Shown: positions 48,544 through 59,326, counted from the stretch's first letter. The stretch: 64,000 nucleotides of DNA from Bacteroidia bacterium (GCA_965216465.1 CBDCFW010000004.1:224001-288000), one strand, 5' to 3'. The notes: generated by a model from the letters alone, not told the origin. A program made the numbers and translations.

Positions 48544-50247
48544 TTAAATGTCGAGGTAGGCATATGCGAGCTTGATAACTGCATAACTCACCTTACCGTT
48601 AAGTGCATCAAATATTACTTTTGACTTAAGCCTTCCATCAGGGTTAAACATGGATGCATCGGCCGTAGCTTCAGCAGCGGAATAAGCTTTTTGAATGGGT
48701 GCCAAAACCTTTTCTGAAGGTCTGTATGCCGAGATGTCGACTTCAGGAAATTCATCCGCAATCTTTAAAATGTGACCTTGAATTGTGGTATAACCCAATC
48801 CTCTTTCATCGGCTATTTCTTTTAATGATTTTCCGGCTTTAACCAAGTCTATCGTTTGTTGGTAAGTGCTGATTTTTTTCTTTTTAGCTTCTTGCTTTGA
48901 GCGGTGCTTCTTTAATTCTTTGGGATCTGTCGTTCCACCGCTGGCAAGTATATGAGCTTCCCAATTGGCTTCATAATCAGACTCTTCGAGCATATCTGCT
49001 TCATTGCTAAGTTCCATGAAACGTTTATCAGCCTTAGCAGCCAGAGAATCAACCTCAATGGCCATTCGATTTATGCCCAGTAATTTGAGACCATCTAAGT
49101 CTTTTAATCGAGAAAGTGCAACATAACCCTGTCCAGGTTCAAATGTTTTGCTTAAATCAACTTCTGCGGCCTCCAATGTCATCCCCTGACTTTTGTGCAC
49201 TGTGATGGCCCAGGCCAAGCGTAATGGAACTTGAATAAATTCAACAATTGGACGTTCATTATCCATAATTGACCAAACATCAGAAGTAACGGTTACTTTT
49301 CGTCGGTCTGATAATTGAACTACGGGCCAAACCTTTCCTTTGTCGTCTTCGGTAAAATCTATAACTACACCCAAAGTGCCATTCATGTAACCTTTGTCGA
49401 AGTTGTTCTTTAGAAACATCACCTTTGCACCTTTCTTTAAGACTAGTTTTTCCCTAACAATCAGCGATTTAACGAAAGTTTCCATCAACTTTGCATTGCC
49501 TTTACGTTCTGCAAAGAATACCTCTTCTTTTGACTCAATTTCGCTAAGTTCTTTATCGTTTATAGCATCAACATCGGCGTTGTGTGAATACAGTCGAGTT
49601 GGTTCAATACTGTGCTCGTTATATGCTGTTTCTTGTAATAACTGAACAGCATGTTCGTCAACCTCTTGAGATCGAATTTGATTTAGAATGGTGTTGAGTT
49701 CATTTTTAGTCTGACGATATTGTTCTGTAAGGTAACAAACTACCGGAGCGGCATCTACCCATGCTTTGCTCATAAAAGCAAATTTGTTCTTACTTGGTTC
49801 TTGTTCCTTACTAACTGGTGGTAGCTGAAAAAAGTCTCCAGCAAAAACAACCTGCATCCCTCCAAAAGGCAACGGAGAATTTTTTAAATACTTCAACGCC
49901 TGATTAATCATGTCAATCTGATTGCGATGCAGCATTGAAATCTCATCTATAATTAATACATGAGTTTTCTCAATATTTTTCATGAGGTACTGCTTACCGC
50001 GCATAGTTCTCAAATCGTTATGAGAAAGGCTGTCTTTAATACCAATTCCGCTCCATGAATGAATGGTAGTTCCGTTCATGTGAGTTGCAGCTATACCTGT
50101 GGATGCGGTTATGGCTACTGGAACGCGATGTTCCTTTAACCATTTAATATAGGCGTTTAATGTATATGTTTTTCCTGTTCCTGCACTTCCGGTCAAGAAG
50201 ACATTCTTACCTGATTTTAATATGGCTAAAGCTTTTTCTTGGAACAT
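48544..50247 (-). CDS. PIF1/RecD-like SF1B helicase with C-terminal helix-turn-helix domain
   Basis: GSAGTGKT, ASTGIAA, IIDEISM, FGGMQVVFAGDFFQLPPV, LAWAITVHKSQGMT, GQGYVALSR; IADERGL...TIQGH HTH. Confidence 0.9.
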   Translation of the reverse strand: MFQEKALAILKSGKNVFLTGSAGTGKTYTLNAYIKWLKEHRVPVAITASTGIAATHMNGTTIHSWSGIGIKDSLSHNDLRTMRGKQYLMKNIEKTHVLIIDEISMLHRNQIDMINQALKYLKNSPLPFGGMQVVFAGDFFQLPPVSKEQEPSKNKFAFMSKAWVDAAPVVCYLTEQYRQTKNELNTILNQIRSQEVDEHAVQLLQETAYNEHSIEPTRLYSHNADVDAINDKELSEIESKEEVFFAERKGNAKLMETFVKSLIVREKLVLKKGAKVMFLKNNFDKGYMNGTLGVVIDFTEDDKGKVWPVVQLSDRRKVTVTSDVWSIMDNERPIVEFIQVPLRLAWAITVHKSQGMTLEAAEVDLSKTFEPGQGYVALSRLKDLDGLKLLGINRMAIEVDSLAAKADKRFMELSNEADMLEESDYEANWEAHILASGGTTDPKELKKHRSKQEAKKKKISTYQQTIDLVKAGKSLKEIADERGLGYTTIQGHILKIADEFPEVDISAYRPSEKVLAPIQKAYSAAEATADASMFNPDGRLKSKVIFDALNGKVSYAVIKLAYAYLDI

Positions 50248-50248
50248 G

Positions 50249-50836
50249 CTAATCTGCTATATGCTTTGACTTTATTGGTACGTATTTTTTTAAAAAGGTA
50301 ACGATGAGCCAACCGATGAGCAAACCGGCCAATCCTCCCACGAGAATGTCTGCTGGAAAATGTTTTGCCACATAAACTTGAGCTAGAGAGATGGCTCCAG
50401 CCCAGGTGTAGAACACCCATTGCCATGACTTCCAATTGCTAATTGAATTAAAGAACCAGCTAAATATGACAGCAAGCCCGAAATGATTTGCTGCGTGTGA
50501 CGACACAAACCCGTATTGGCCTCCGCAATCTAGAATTGGTCGGATAATTTCGGTTAAACTGGGGTCGTGACAGGGTCTAAGTCGTTCAAAAAAAGGTTTC
50601 ATAAATCCACTTGCAAATTGATCTGCGAAGAGAACAATTATCCCAGCCGCAGCTAGAATATAAAATCCTGAATATCTGTAGCGATAGAAGGCGAAAAAAG
50701 CGAAAATAAGATAGAGCGGAATCCAAGTTTTTGCTTCACGAAATACAGGAAGAAATTGGTCTAGAAAATCATTGGCCAATCCATTATGAATTTGAATGAA
50801 CAGTTGCTTATCTATTTCAATTAACGACTCTATCAC
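50249..50836 (-). CDS. PAP2 family phosphatase (probable undecaprenyl-PP or lipid phosphatase)
   Basis: KPFFERLRP, FVSSHAAN, QVYVAKHFPAD motifs. Confidence 0.88.
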   Translation of the reverse strand: MIESLIEIDKQLFIQIHNGLANDFLDQFLPVFREAKTWIPLYLIFAFFAFYRYRYSGFYILAAAGIIVLFADQFASGFMKPFFERLRPCHDPSLTEIIRPILDCGGQYGFVSSHAANHFGLAVIFSWFFNSISNWKSWQWVFYTWAGAISLAQVYVAKHFPADILVGGLAGLLIGWLIVTFLKKYVPIKSKHIAD

Positions 50837-51555
50837 TTTTTCAAGATCAAAATTAATCTTTTGGAGTTATCCTCGTTAAATGCTGTAAGATTATAATCCC
50901 CAAAAGTATCTTGAAGTTTAAATCCAGCTTGGTTACACAAGTTTTTAAGGTCACTTTTTGTAAATGCTCTGACGCTTTCTTGGAAACTGTAATCGTTCCC
51001 TTGGTCATGAAATTCAATTCTTTTAATTAGTGTGCCATTTTTAATAGCTCGTGAGATATTAAAAGAAATATTCTCCTGTTTAATTACTTCGAACGGCACC
51101 AGGCTAGACTCGCTATTTGTTCGGTTAAGAAAATCAAGTACAAAGACTCCATCGTCATTGAGCCCGTTATATACGTGCTTTAAGGTGTTTAAATGTTCTT
51201 GATCGCTATCAAAATAACCAAAACTGGTAAATAGATTGACGATGTAATCAAATTTTCGAGAGAATGAATGCCTCATATCGTGAGTGAGAAATTCTAATCC
51301 ATCGGTTTCTAGATGTTTGGCATGTGCAATACTATTTTGGCTATAATCTACACCTAATACATTCATGCCGCACTGGTGTAATTGAACACTATGTCTACCC
51401 TTCCCGCAGGCTAAATCAAGGAAAGTTGAACCCTGAGTAGGTGAGAGGTATGAAATTAGTGTTGTTATAAATTGCTCAGCCTCCTTATGGTCTCTGTTCC
51501 CATAAAGCATGTGATAGTATGGGCTATCGAACCATGTACCGAACCATTCACTCAT
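50833..51555 (-). CDS. Class I SAM-dependent methyltransferase
   Basis: WFDSPYYH, LDLACGKGRH, NLFTSFGYF. Confidence 0.9.
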   Translation of the reverse strand: MSEWFGTWFDSPYYHMLYGNRDHKEAEQFITTLISYLSPTQGSTFLDLACGKGRHSVQLHQCGMNVLGVDYSQNSIAHAKHLETDGLEFLTHDMRHSFSRKFDYIVNLFTSFGYFDSDQEHLNTLKHVYNGLNDDGVFVLDFLNRTNSESSLVPFEVIKQENISFNISRAIKNGTLIKRIEFHDQGNDYSFQESVRAFTKSDLKNLCNQAGFKLQDTFGDYNLTAFNEDNSKRLILILKK

Positions 51556-51658
51556 GTAAGCAAATGTAAGACTTCAACCCAAATTTAGTATCTTTATCCA
51601 ATCAATATCGCAGCTCATCAAAGAGTAAAAGGAGCCACATATTTTTTTTACTACTTTG

Positions 51659-51685
51659 TGTAACTTTCTATATATATGAGCGTAT
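51659..51685 (+). promoter_or_regulatory. Candidate ECF-sigma autoregulatory promoter
   Basis: TGTAAC-N16-CGTAT, fitting the AAC/CGT ECF consensus, 17 nt upstream of the sigma ATG. Confidence 0.55.
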
Positions 51686-51702
51686 AACAATCGAACCAGC
51701 CA

Positions 51703-52188
51703 ATGAACACCCAGCAATACAACGAATGTGTAAAGCTATATTCCGATGGGATATTTCGGTTTATTGTGAAAAATCTGCGGGATGAGTTCGAGGCTGAGAA
51801 TATAGTCCAAAACACGTTTGAAAAGCTTTGGATAAAGCGAGAAAGCGTGGTGATGGAAACGGCAAAGTCCTACCTTTTTAAGGTAGCTTATAACAACATG
51901 ATTGATGTGATACGCAAAAACAAAAAACATACTAGCTTAGAGGATGCAAGACATGTAAGTTCTGAGAGCAGAGAGTATGATGATTTGATTGAACATGTAA
52001 ACAGAGCTGTTGATAAGCTTCCTGAGAAACAGAAAAGTGCAATTACTTTGCGCGATTTTGAGGGACACGATTACAAAAGTATTGGCGATATAACCGGCAT
52101 GAGTGAAAGCCAGGTTAAGGTCAATATTTATAGAGCGAGAAAGTTTATTAAGGAATACATTAGTAAACTAGAGATGATGATGTTTTAA
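51703..52188 (+). CDS. ECF-family RNA polymerase sigma-70 factor
   Basis: 161 aa; AENIVQNTFEKLW, KSYLFKVAYN, LRDFEG.DY..I, VKVNIYRAR. Confidence 0.92.
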   Translation: MNTQQYNECVKLYSDGIFRFIVKNLRDEFEAENIVQNTFEKLWIKRESVVMETAKSYLFKVAYNNMIDVIRKNKKHTSLEDARHVSSESREYDDLIEHVNRAVDKLPEKQKSAITLRDFEGHDYKSIGDITGMSESQVKVNIYRARKFIKEYISKLEMMMF

Positions 52189-52189
52189 G

Positions 52190-53080
52190 ATGAGCAAAAT
52201 GAAATTAACACGAGACAATTATGAACTGGTAATGTTCGACTTGCTAGAAGGCAATTTGACCGAAAGCGATGAGCTTAACGTAATGGCACAAATTGAAGCT
52301 AATGAGTTTTTCTTTAAAGAGTGGAAGCTTTTTAAAACTACAATACTTGTTGCTGATTCTGATGTAGTTTATAAGAATAAAGAAAGTTTGCTGAAGGATG
52401 AACCTTCGGTAATACCAATGTTCCGTTGGGCGTCTGTAGCTGCAGCGGCATGTTTAATTATTGGGTTTATTGCATTCTGGCCTAAAGACACACCAATTGA
52501 TGTGGCTGATACTCCAACAGAGATAATTTCACCAATTGAGCAAGAAGAGCCTACAGTTCCTGTTGTTCAAGCTATAGAAACAGAAGAGATAGAAACACCA
52601 GCTCAGGTTGTAAGAAACGACGCAGAACCAGAATTATTTATTCCAGAATCTATAGATGAAGACCTCGATGTGGCTGATACGAATGAAGAAGTAATTGCAA
52701 TTGAAGCTCCAAATAAAGAAAGTGAAATTAAAGAGGTGCCAAAATTGATCAATGAAGTACAACAAGAAGAGCAACCTAAGTACATTGTTGAAAACCTTGA
52801 GCCAAAAACACTAGAAGATATTTACACTGCACCAGCAACTAATCCTGCTGAATATCAGAAGGATGTGCCGAATTTTATAACTGTTGCAAGTGAATTTGTA
52901 ACTTCTAAACCAAAAGAACGTATAATGAATAAAGCGAATGAGTTTATTGCCAAGGTAAGCAATCCTAAAGTTCGATTTAAACCACAATTTGTAGATAAGA
53001 AACCCGGGCTACAAATAGAGTTTGAAACAACAGGATACCAAGCAATTGCAAGTTTGCAACCGTTTAATAAATCACGATAA
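52190..53080 (+). CDS. Putative anti-sigma factor
   Basis: TRDNYE...D.LEGNL N-terminal motif, WASVAAAAC TM helix, Pro/Glu-rich linker; follows an ECF sigma. Confidence 0.72.
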   Translation: MSKMKLTRDNYELVMFDLLEGNLTESDELNVMAQIEANEFFFKEWKLFKTTILVADSDVVYKNKESLLKDEPSVIPMFRWASVAAAACLIIGFIAFWPKDTPIDVADTPTEIISPIEQEEPTVPVVQAIETEEIETPAQVVRNDAEPELFIPESIDEDLDVADTNEEVIAIEAPNKESEIKEVPKLINEVQQEEQPKYIVENLEPKTLEDIYTAPATNPAEYQKDVPNFITVASEFVTSKPKERIMNKANEFIAKVSNPKVRFKPQFVDKKPGLQIEFETTGYQAIASLQPFNKSR

Positions 53081-53082
53081 AA

Positions 53083-54138
53083 ATGAAAAAATTAATACAA
53101 TATACCCTAGCATTCGGAGCACTGTTCATGGCAGCAACTGCTCAAGCTCAAACCGACACTACTCAGTCTGAGCAAGAAATTGTAATCGACAACGGAAAAG
53201 TAAAGATTGTTCTGAAAGAGAAAAAAATCATTATGGACGGGGTTGACGGTTCAGACACCATTGTCGATCACGATGTTGAACGCGTTGAGATTAAAGTGGG
53301 TGACGAAACGATGGAAATCCATACCAACGGAGACGATATCAGCTTCAGAGACACTGAAGATATGGAAGAACTTAACGAAGAGATGGAAGAGTTAAAAGAA
53401 GAACTCGCTGAATTGGAAGAGGAAATGAAGGTAGAATTCAAAGACTTCGAAAGTCTTGAAGATTTAGAAGACCTTGAAGATCTTAAAGACCTATGTGAAG
53501 ATGACGAACCAGATTTTATTGAAACAGACTGGTTTAACTTCCAACTTGGATTAAATAATCTACTTAACGTAAATGATGAGCTCGTAATGCCTGAAGGCTA
53601 TGAGACTTTAGAATTGTCTACTGGAAAATCAATAAATTTTCAAGTAAATGTTGTGCAACAAGCTGTTAATATTTACCGTGAAAAGATTCGTTTGGTGTAC
53701 GGTGTAGGTGTTGATTTTAATAACTACCGTTTCAAAAATGACATAGACCTTGTAGAAGATTCAGATCCGCTAGAAGTTGAGCTTAGCACTGTAAATTACA
53801 AGAAAAATAAATTAGTGGTACAGTATCTATCAGCACCAGTAAAACTAGATCTTAGAATTGGTAAAGATGCTGACGAAGCCTTAACGCTAGCATTTGGTCC
53901 ACACTTCCAATACCTAATTGGTAGTCACCAACGTAAGAAGTGGAACGATAACGGCAACCACAAAACAAAAATTAGAAACGACTACAACCTCGAAAAATTC
54001 CGCATGGGATGGGAAGCGCAGTTTGGATACGGTTCAGTAGTGCTTTACGGAAAGTACTTTCCTGAGAGCATCTTTAGAGCCGGTAAAGGTCCAGATCTAA
54101 GAACTGTTTCTGTTGGAATTTTAATCGGAGGCGTATAA
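53083..54138 (+). CDS. Outer-membrane beta-barrel protein with acidic coiled N-terminal region
   Basis: Signal peptide; LGLNN, NNYRF, YKKNKL...YL..P beta-strand motifs; third gene of the ECF cassette. Confidence 0.7.
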   Translation: MKKLIQYTLAFGALFMAATAQAQTDTTQSEQEIVIDNGKVKIVLKEKKIIMDGVDGSDTIVDHDVERVEIKVGDETMEIHTNGDDISFRDTEDMEELNEEMEELKEELAELEEEMKVEFKDFESLEDLEDLEDLKDLCEDDEPDFIETDWFNFQLGLNNLLNVNDELVMPEGYETLELSTGKSINFQVNVVQQAVNIYREKIRLVYGVGVDFNNYRFKNDIDLVEDSDPLEVELSTVNYKKNKLVVQYLSAPVKLDLRIGKDADEALTLAFGPHFQYLIGSHQRKKWNDNGNHKTKIRNDYNLEKFRMGWEAQFGYGSVVLYGKYFPESIFRAGKGPDLRTVSVGILIGGV

Positions 54139-54185
54139 AAATATTGCGGGCAACCGCAATTCATACTTAGCTTTTAGTAATGTTT

Positions 54186-54215
54186 AAGCCCATCCAAAGT
54201 GGTTGGGCTTTTTTT
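54186..54215 (+). terminator. Intrinsic terminator
   Basis: AAGCCCA-TCCA-AAG-TGGT-TGGGCTT plus T run. Confidence 0.75.
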
Positions 54216-54216
54216 A

Positions 54217-56031
54217 TTATAGGATATCCATCTTTCTCCAGATCAATTTGTTTTGATCGTAGATGTCGTAACAGAAATGTAGCGTCCAGTCTTTGTCATA
54301 ATATACAGTCCGATAATCCAAATACAACGGTATGGGCTTATGTAAATTAAGCTTAGTTGTTGTATCCAAGGGTTGAATTAAAGCCGTAGTATCTTCAGGA
54401 TCATATTCTTCTAACCTTTCCTCATCTAATGGTTCGTAGCCCATCATAATACGAAAATCATCAGAATCGTATTTTTTAGATCCCTGCATTAGAAATTCAC
54501 CAAACAAAAGTGGGTTCTCTAAACGAACGCATCCATGACTCACTGCACGTTGGGTACGTTCAAACGCCTTTTTATGTGGAGTATCATGTAAGTAAATTGA
54601 AAATGGATTGCTAAACATGTATTTTACCGTTCCCAAAGAGTTTTTTTCTCCAGGTTGTTCTACGATAGTGTAAGGGATTCTATTTCGATTAATTCGACTC
54701 CAGTTAATTGTGTCACCGTTAACTTCCTCTTTTCCGCGATATACTTTGTAGTTATTAGCACTCAAATATTCGGGTTCTCGCACCAGTCTCCACCACATCT
54801 CTCTTCGGATGATACTATAAGGAACCGTCCACGTTGGGTTGACCACAATATAAGTAAACTTACTCGCTATTTGAGGCGTTTCCATATTCCTAGGAAGCTT
54901 ATGTAGCCAGCCGCTGTCTGTATATTGTTTAACCATGGCATCGTAATTGTCAGGAAGGTTTTTTCCGATACATACCTTCATTGATTTGGTGCTATCTTCC
55001 CAATTAAGGTCAACCATGTACTCCGGGAGATTCACATACACAAAAGGTGGTTCAGACCCGGCATTTGTGTACCATCTTTGGCGTTCTAAATTTGCTCGAA
55101 CTTGATCTATTTTGTCGGTAGGTGTGGTGTTTATCAAGCGGTAGGTTTTAAAACCCATGATACCATCCGGAGTTAAACTGTACTTTTCTTGAAGTACCTT
55201 GATCAGCTCAAACAATTCAGCCGTATAGATCGTGGTGTCTTGTATTGCATGAATACGCTCGTCTGGAAGATTTCGAGCTTTAAGTCGAGTAATTATTTCA
55301 GAAATGACAGGAACTGTGTCACCTTTTTCAATTTTAGGGTAGTCTGAGAAATCAATTAGTGTTGATTCGAGTTCATTTTTCTTGTCGAGGTAGTACCTCA
55401 TGACTTTCAACAGCTCGTTATATGTGGTGTCGCCTTTATGAACTTTGTCTATCCATTTAATTTTATTTCGGGCTTTCAAGAACCCTGAATAATTAAGTTC
55501 TTTGACATTATTTCTAGGAAGCATATAGGTATAGCCATATACTTCTTTTGGATCTGTTCTTCCGTTGCTAATGTCTTCGTACATGCGGAGCATGCTATTT
55601 GAAATTATTAGCTCCAACTCAGCCATAAGCCGATAGGCACTGTCTGCATTTTTAAGATTAGCAATACTATCTCTGTAATAGTTTACAAGAGGGAGGTAGT
55701 AGTATCTGTAGTCCATTCCGTGATAAGTGCTGTATCTGAACACTTCTTCCGCTTCTGCATTAGAGGCACTATCGTTGGTAATGAGTCCCCACCAATAGGG
55801 TTTGTTCTTACGCTGGTCATAAATGGTTTTAAGCGTATCTAGATAGGGTAAATTATCTTCACACATCAATGATACTTCAAAATCAAATTTGTTATCGAAG
55901 TAATGGAAGAATGAATCTTTGGTCAGAACCATTTGTGGAGCTACGACCACCTGTTTTGGTTCTTCTTTACACGCATTAAGTAGTACAAAAGGCAATGTAA
56001 TCAGTGCAACAATTAGAGATTGCTTCAACAT
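54217..56031 (-). CDS. L,D-transpeptidase lipoprotein (YcbB/LdtD-like, with PG-binding domain)
   Basis: Lipobox LNAC; L..DGIMG..T PG-binding motif; NLERQRW, VNPTWTVP, PG..N.LG, IYLHDTP, SHGCVR. Confidence 0.9.
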   Translation of the reverse strand: MLKQSLIVALITLPFVLLNACKEEPKQVVVAPQMVLTKDSFFHYFDNKFDFEVSLMCEDNLPYLDTLKTIYDQRKNKPYWWGLITNDSASNAEAEEVFRYSTYHGMDYRYYYLPLVNYYRDSIANLKNADSAYRLMAELELIISNSMLRMYEDISNGRTDPKEVYGYTYMLPRNNVKELNYSGFLKARNKIKWIDKVHKGDTTYNELLKVMRYYLDKKNELESTLIDFSDYPKIEKGDTVPVISEIITRLKARNLPDERIHAIQDTTIYTAELFELIKVLQEKYSLTPDGIMGFKTYRLINTTPTDKIDQVRANLERQRWYTNAGSEPPFVYVNLPEYMVDLNWEDSTKSMKVCIGKNLPDNYDAMVKQYTDSGWLHKLPRNMETPQIASKFTYIVVNPTWTVPYSIIRREMWWRLVREPEYLSANNYKVYRGKEEVNGDTINWSRINRNRIPYTIVEQPGEKNSLGTVKYMFSNPFSIYLHDTPHKKAFERTQRAVSHGCVRLENPLLFGEFLMQGSKKYDSDDFRIMMGYEPLDEERLEEYDPEDTTALIQPLDTTTKLNLHKPIPLYLDYRTVYYDKDWTLHFCYDIYDQNKLIWRKMDIL

Positions 56032-56063
56032 ACGATTACTACAAATATGGTTAAGAAAGCTGA

Positions 56064-56882
56064 TTAAATGCGTAAGTCGTCCACAGTGATGTAGAGATTA
56101 GCATTCAATATATCAGAATTTTCAAGGTAAGAGTTGGTAGGGTGGAAGATAAAAAGACAAGATCCACCTTTTACTGTTTCAATTAGTTGTTTGTTCACGC
56201 TCTGTGAAATAGCCGGACAACCATAACTTCTACCAATGCGCCGATTGTACTTTAGATAATTGTCACCAACATAGTTGGCACCATGAATAACAATGCCTCT
56301 TGAAAAAGCATTTGAGTTAATTCCTTTCTCTAATCCGTTTAATTTTAAAGAGAAACGATTGCTTCCCCAATATGTACTTCCGGTGGTGTAAAAACCTAAT
56401 GAACTTTTGTTCGAACCGTGTGAATTGCTGAAATATTTTGGGTACTCATCACCGGTACGAGCCCCATGGGCAACCATTTCGTTAAAAATAACATGCTGGT
56501 TTTCCATATCAATAACCCACATTCTTTTGTCATTGCAGTACTTTGAAAAGTCAATAACGGTAAGATATTTAGGATTGTCTAAGCCATCAGTATGTTTGAG
56601 ATACATGTAACCTACTAGGGCATGTTTTAGCACGCGTTTAGCAATAGTATCACCACCGTTGTATTGAAGTTTAAAGTGAAATTGGTTTACATATTGGTTA
56701 AACTCATCAGATTTAAGTGTAATGAGTTGCTTTCCAAAGTAACCTTCGTTTTCATGAGTCAAGTTTCCATCTCTCAATTGGAAAGATGAAGAGAAGAAGA
56801 TAAATAAAAGACAAGCTAAACCCTTTACCCAACTTGATGTACGGGCATTAAGTCTAACCTTAATAGCATTTAGCTTGTCCAA
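56064..56882 (-). CDS. Murein L,D-transpeptidase catalytic domain protein (YkuD_2)
   Basis: IDFS....KRMWVID, VAHG, FSN...S..SSLGFY.T, IVIHGA, GRSYGCPA. Confidence 0.9.
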   Translation of the reverse strand: MDKLNAIKVRLNARTSSWVKGLACLLFIFFSSSFQLRDGNLTHENEGYFGKQLITLKSDEFNQYVNQFHFKLQYNGGDTIAKRVLKHALVGYMYLKHTDGLDNPKYLTVIDFSKYCNDKRMWVIDMENQHVIFNEMVAHGARTGDEYPKYFSNSHGSNKSSLGFYTTGSTYWGSNRFSLKLNGLEKGINSNAFSRGIVIHGANYVGDNYLKYNRRIGRSYGCPAISQSVNKQLIETVKGGSCLFIFHPTNSYLENSDILNANLYITVDDLRI

Positions 56883-56890
56883 ATTTTGTT

Positions 56891-59326
56891 TTATTCTAAG
56901 CTTGAGCCTTCTTCTGAAGTCTCAGCTTCTACTTCAACAGCTTCTTCTGTTGCTTCTTCAACTTCTTCAACTTCAGTTGTTACAGTTGTTTCTTCTTCAG
57001 CTGTTTCAGTATTTTCTTTGTTTTTCTTAGCACAGCATTTTTTCTCTGTACCTTCTTCGTATTTACAGTCGGCTTTATCGTGGCCTTCACATGCTTCAAC
57101 GTAAGCTGCTTTGTCTTTATTACAACAAGCTCCTTTTGCTGATGCCTTACCAATCCAATCACCCAAGATTGGAGCGATTACAAGACCAACTAAACATGTA
57201 AGTTTAATCAAAATGTTCATTGATGGTCCTGAAGTATCTTTAAATGGATCTCCAACAGTATCACCAGTTACAGCAGCTTTATGTGCTTCAGAACCTTTGT
57301 AAGTCATTTCGCCGTTAATTTCAACTCCAGCTTCAAATGATTTTTTAGCGTTATCCCAAGCACCACCTGCGTTGTTTTGGAAGATTGCCCAAAGAACACC
57401 ACTCACACAAACACCAGCCATATAACCACCTAGTACTTCGGCAGCAGTTGCCCAATCACCTGTTAGCATACCTGTTCCGAATGCAATGATAAGAGGAGTA
57501 AGAATGGTAAGAGCACCTGGCAACATCATTTCTCTTAATGCTGCTTTAGTTGAAATGTCAACACACTTATCGTACTCTGGAGTACCTGTTCCTTCCATAA
57601 TACCTGGAATTTCTTTGAACTGTCTTCTTACTTCTTGTACCATCGCCATTGCAGCTTTACCAACACTTTGCATAGCAAGTGCTGAGAATACTACAGGTAC
57701 CATACCACCAATAAACAGGGCAGCAAGTACCGGAGCCTTAAAGATGTTAATTCCATCTATTCCTGTAAATGTTACATAGGCTGCAAATAGTGCGAGTGCT
57801 GTAAGTGCAGCAGAAGCAATGGCAAAACCTTTTCCAACAGCTGCGGTTGTATTTCCTACAGAATCTAAGATGTCAGTACGTTCTCTAACTTCTTCTGGAA
57901 GTTCACTCATTTCGGCAACTCCACCTGCGTTGTCTGCAATAGGACCGAATGCATCAATAGCTAACTGCATTGCCGTAGTAGCCATCATTGCACTTGCCGC
58001 AATAGCAACACCATAGAAACCTGCAAGCTCATATGATCCCCAAATCGCAAATGCGAAAAGAAGAACAGAACCAAATGTAGAAATCATACCTGTTGCTAAA
58101 CCAGCAATAATGTTGGTCGCAGCACCAGTAGAAGAGTTTCTAACGATATTAAGAACTGGTTTTTTACCAAGTCCAGTGAAGTGTTCAGTGATTGCACTGA
58201 TTAAACCTCCAACCGCTAATCCGATTAAGGTAGCGTAGAAAACGTTCATATTGCTTACTGATTTCAATCCTTCACCGAAGAAGTTCATGCGAAGTGTTTC
58301 AGGAAGCATCCATTTAATCAAAAAGAATCCAGCAACCGCAGTTATGATGATTGCAGACCAGTTACCTAAGTTCAATGCTTTTTGAACTTCAGCTTCTTTA
58401 GCGTTGTTATCTTTAATTCTGATGAATAAAGTTCCAATGATAGAAGCGATAATACCGATTCCTGCAATAGCTAATGGAAGTAAGATTGGTCCCATTCCGT
58501 CAAATGCATCAGCAAATTGTTCGGTTGCACTCATGTCTTTAATGATGTAGTTACCAAGCACCATTGAAGCCAATACAGTTGCAACGTAAGATCCGAATAA
58601 GTCAGCACCCATTCCTGCAACGTCACCAACATTGTCACCAACGTTATCAGCAATAGTAGCAGGGTTACGTGGATCATCTTCAGGAATACCTGCTTCTACC
58701 TTACCTACAAGGTCAGCTCCAACGTCTGCAGCTTTTGTATAAATACCACCACCAACTCTTGCAAACAATGCAATAGACTCAGCACCAAGTGAGAATCCCG
58801 CAAGTGCTTCAAGCACGTGTGTCATATCATCATAAAAGTTACTATGTCCCATAAAGTGGCTAACGAAGAACAGGAAGAACAAGCTCAATCCTAATACGGC
58901 TAAACCAGCAACACCAAGTCCCATTACAGTTCCTCCGTTGAAAGAAACTTTAAGTGCTTGTGGTAAGCTAGTTCTTGCAGCTTGAGTAGTACGAGCATTT
59001 GCAGAAGTTGCAATTCTCATTCCTACATTACCTGCTACAGCAGAAAAAACAGCTCCTATGATAAATGCTGGAACAATCATCCAAGATGTAGTTTCAACAG
59101 CTAAAGAGATTCCGAATAATGCAATTGAAGCAACAATCACGAAAATCAATAATAATCTGTACTCTGCGTTCAAGAATGCAAGAGCACCTTCTTTAATGCT
59201 CTTAGAAATGCTTTGCATTTTCTCATTTCCTGCGTCTTGTTTGTTTACCCAAGAAGCCTTTATAGCCATGATAATCAGGCCGATAACTCCGAAAATAGGT
59301 AGAATGTAAATTAAATAATTCGACAT
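56891..59326 (-). CDS. hppA: Membrane-bound K+-dependent (probably Na+-translocating) pyrophosphatase
   Basis: [45 protein letters not shown] (Ala marks the K+-dependent class), [14 protein letters not shown]. Start set at ATG 59326, below the -7 box TATTTTTG at 59345-59352. Confidence 0.95.
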   Translation of the reverse strand: MSNYLIYILPIFGVIGLIIMAIKASWVNKQDAGNEKMQSISKSIKEGALAFLNAEYRLLLIFVIVASIALFGISLAVETTSWMIVPAFIIGAVFSAVAGNVGMRIATSANARTTQAARTSLPQALKVSFNGGTVMGLGVAGLAVLGLSLFFLFFVSHFMGHSNFYDDMTHVLEALAGFSLGAESIALFARVGGGIYTKAADVGADLVGKVEAGIPEDDPRNPATIADNVGDNVGDVAGMGADLFGSYVATVLASMVLGNYIIKDMSATEQFADAFDGMGPILLPLAIAGIGIIASIIGTLFIRIKDNNAKEAEVQKALNLGNWSAIIITAVAGFFLIKWMLPETLRMNFFGEGLKSVSNMNVFYATLIGLAVGGLISAITEHFTGLGKKPVLNIVRNSSTGAATNIIAGLATGMISTFGSVLLFAFAIWGSYELAGFYGVAIAASAMMATTAMQLAIDAFGPIADNAGGVAEMSELPEEVRERTDILDSVGNTTAAVGKGFAIASAALTALALFAAYVTFTGIDGINIFKAPVLAALFIGGMVPVVFSALAMQSVGKAAMAMVQEVRRQFKEIPGIMEGTGTPEYDKCVDISTKAALREMMLPGALTILTPLIIAFGTGMLTGDWATAAEVLGGYMAGVCVSGVLWAIFQNNAGGAWDNAKKSFEAGVEINGEMTYKGSEAHKAAVTGDTVGDPFKDTSGPSMNILIKLTCLVGLVIAPILGDWIGKASAKGACCNKDKAAYVEACEGHDKADCKYEEGTEKKCCAKKNKENTETAEEETTVTTEVEEVEEATEEAVEVEAETSEEGSSLE

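Noticed and set aside
56886-59309. Several short plus-strand ORFs within hppA, and similar short ORFs nested in other genes
   Set aside because: Antisense or alternate-frame shadows caused by the codon bias of the real genes; no motifs or independent expression signals.
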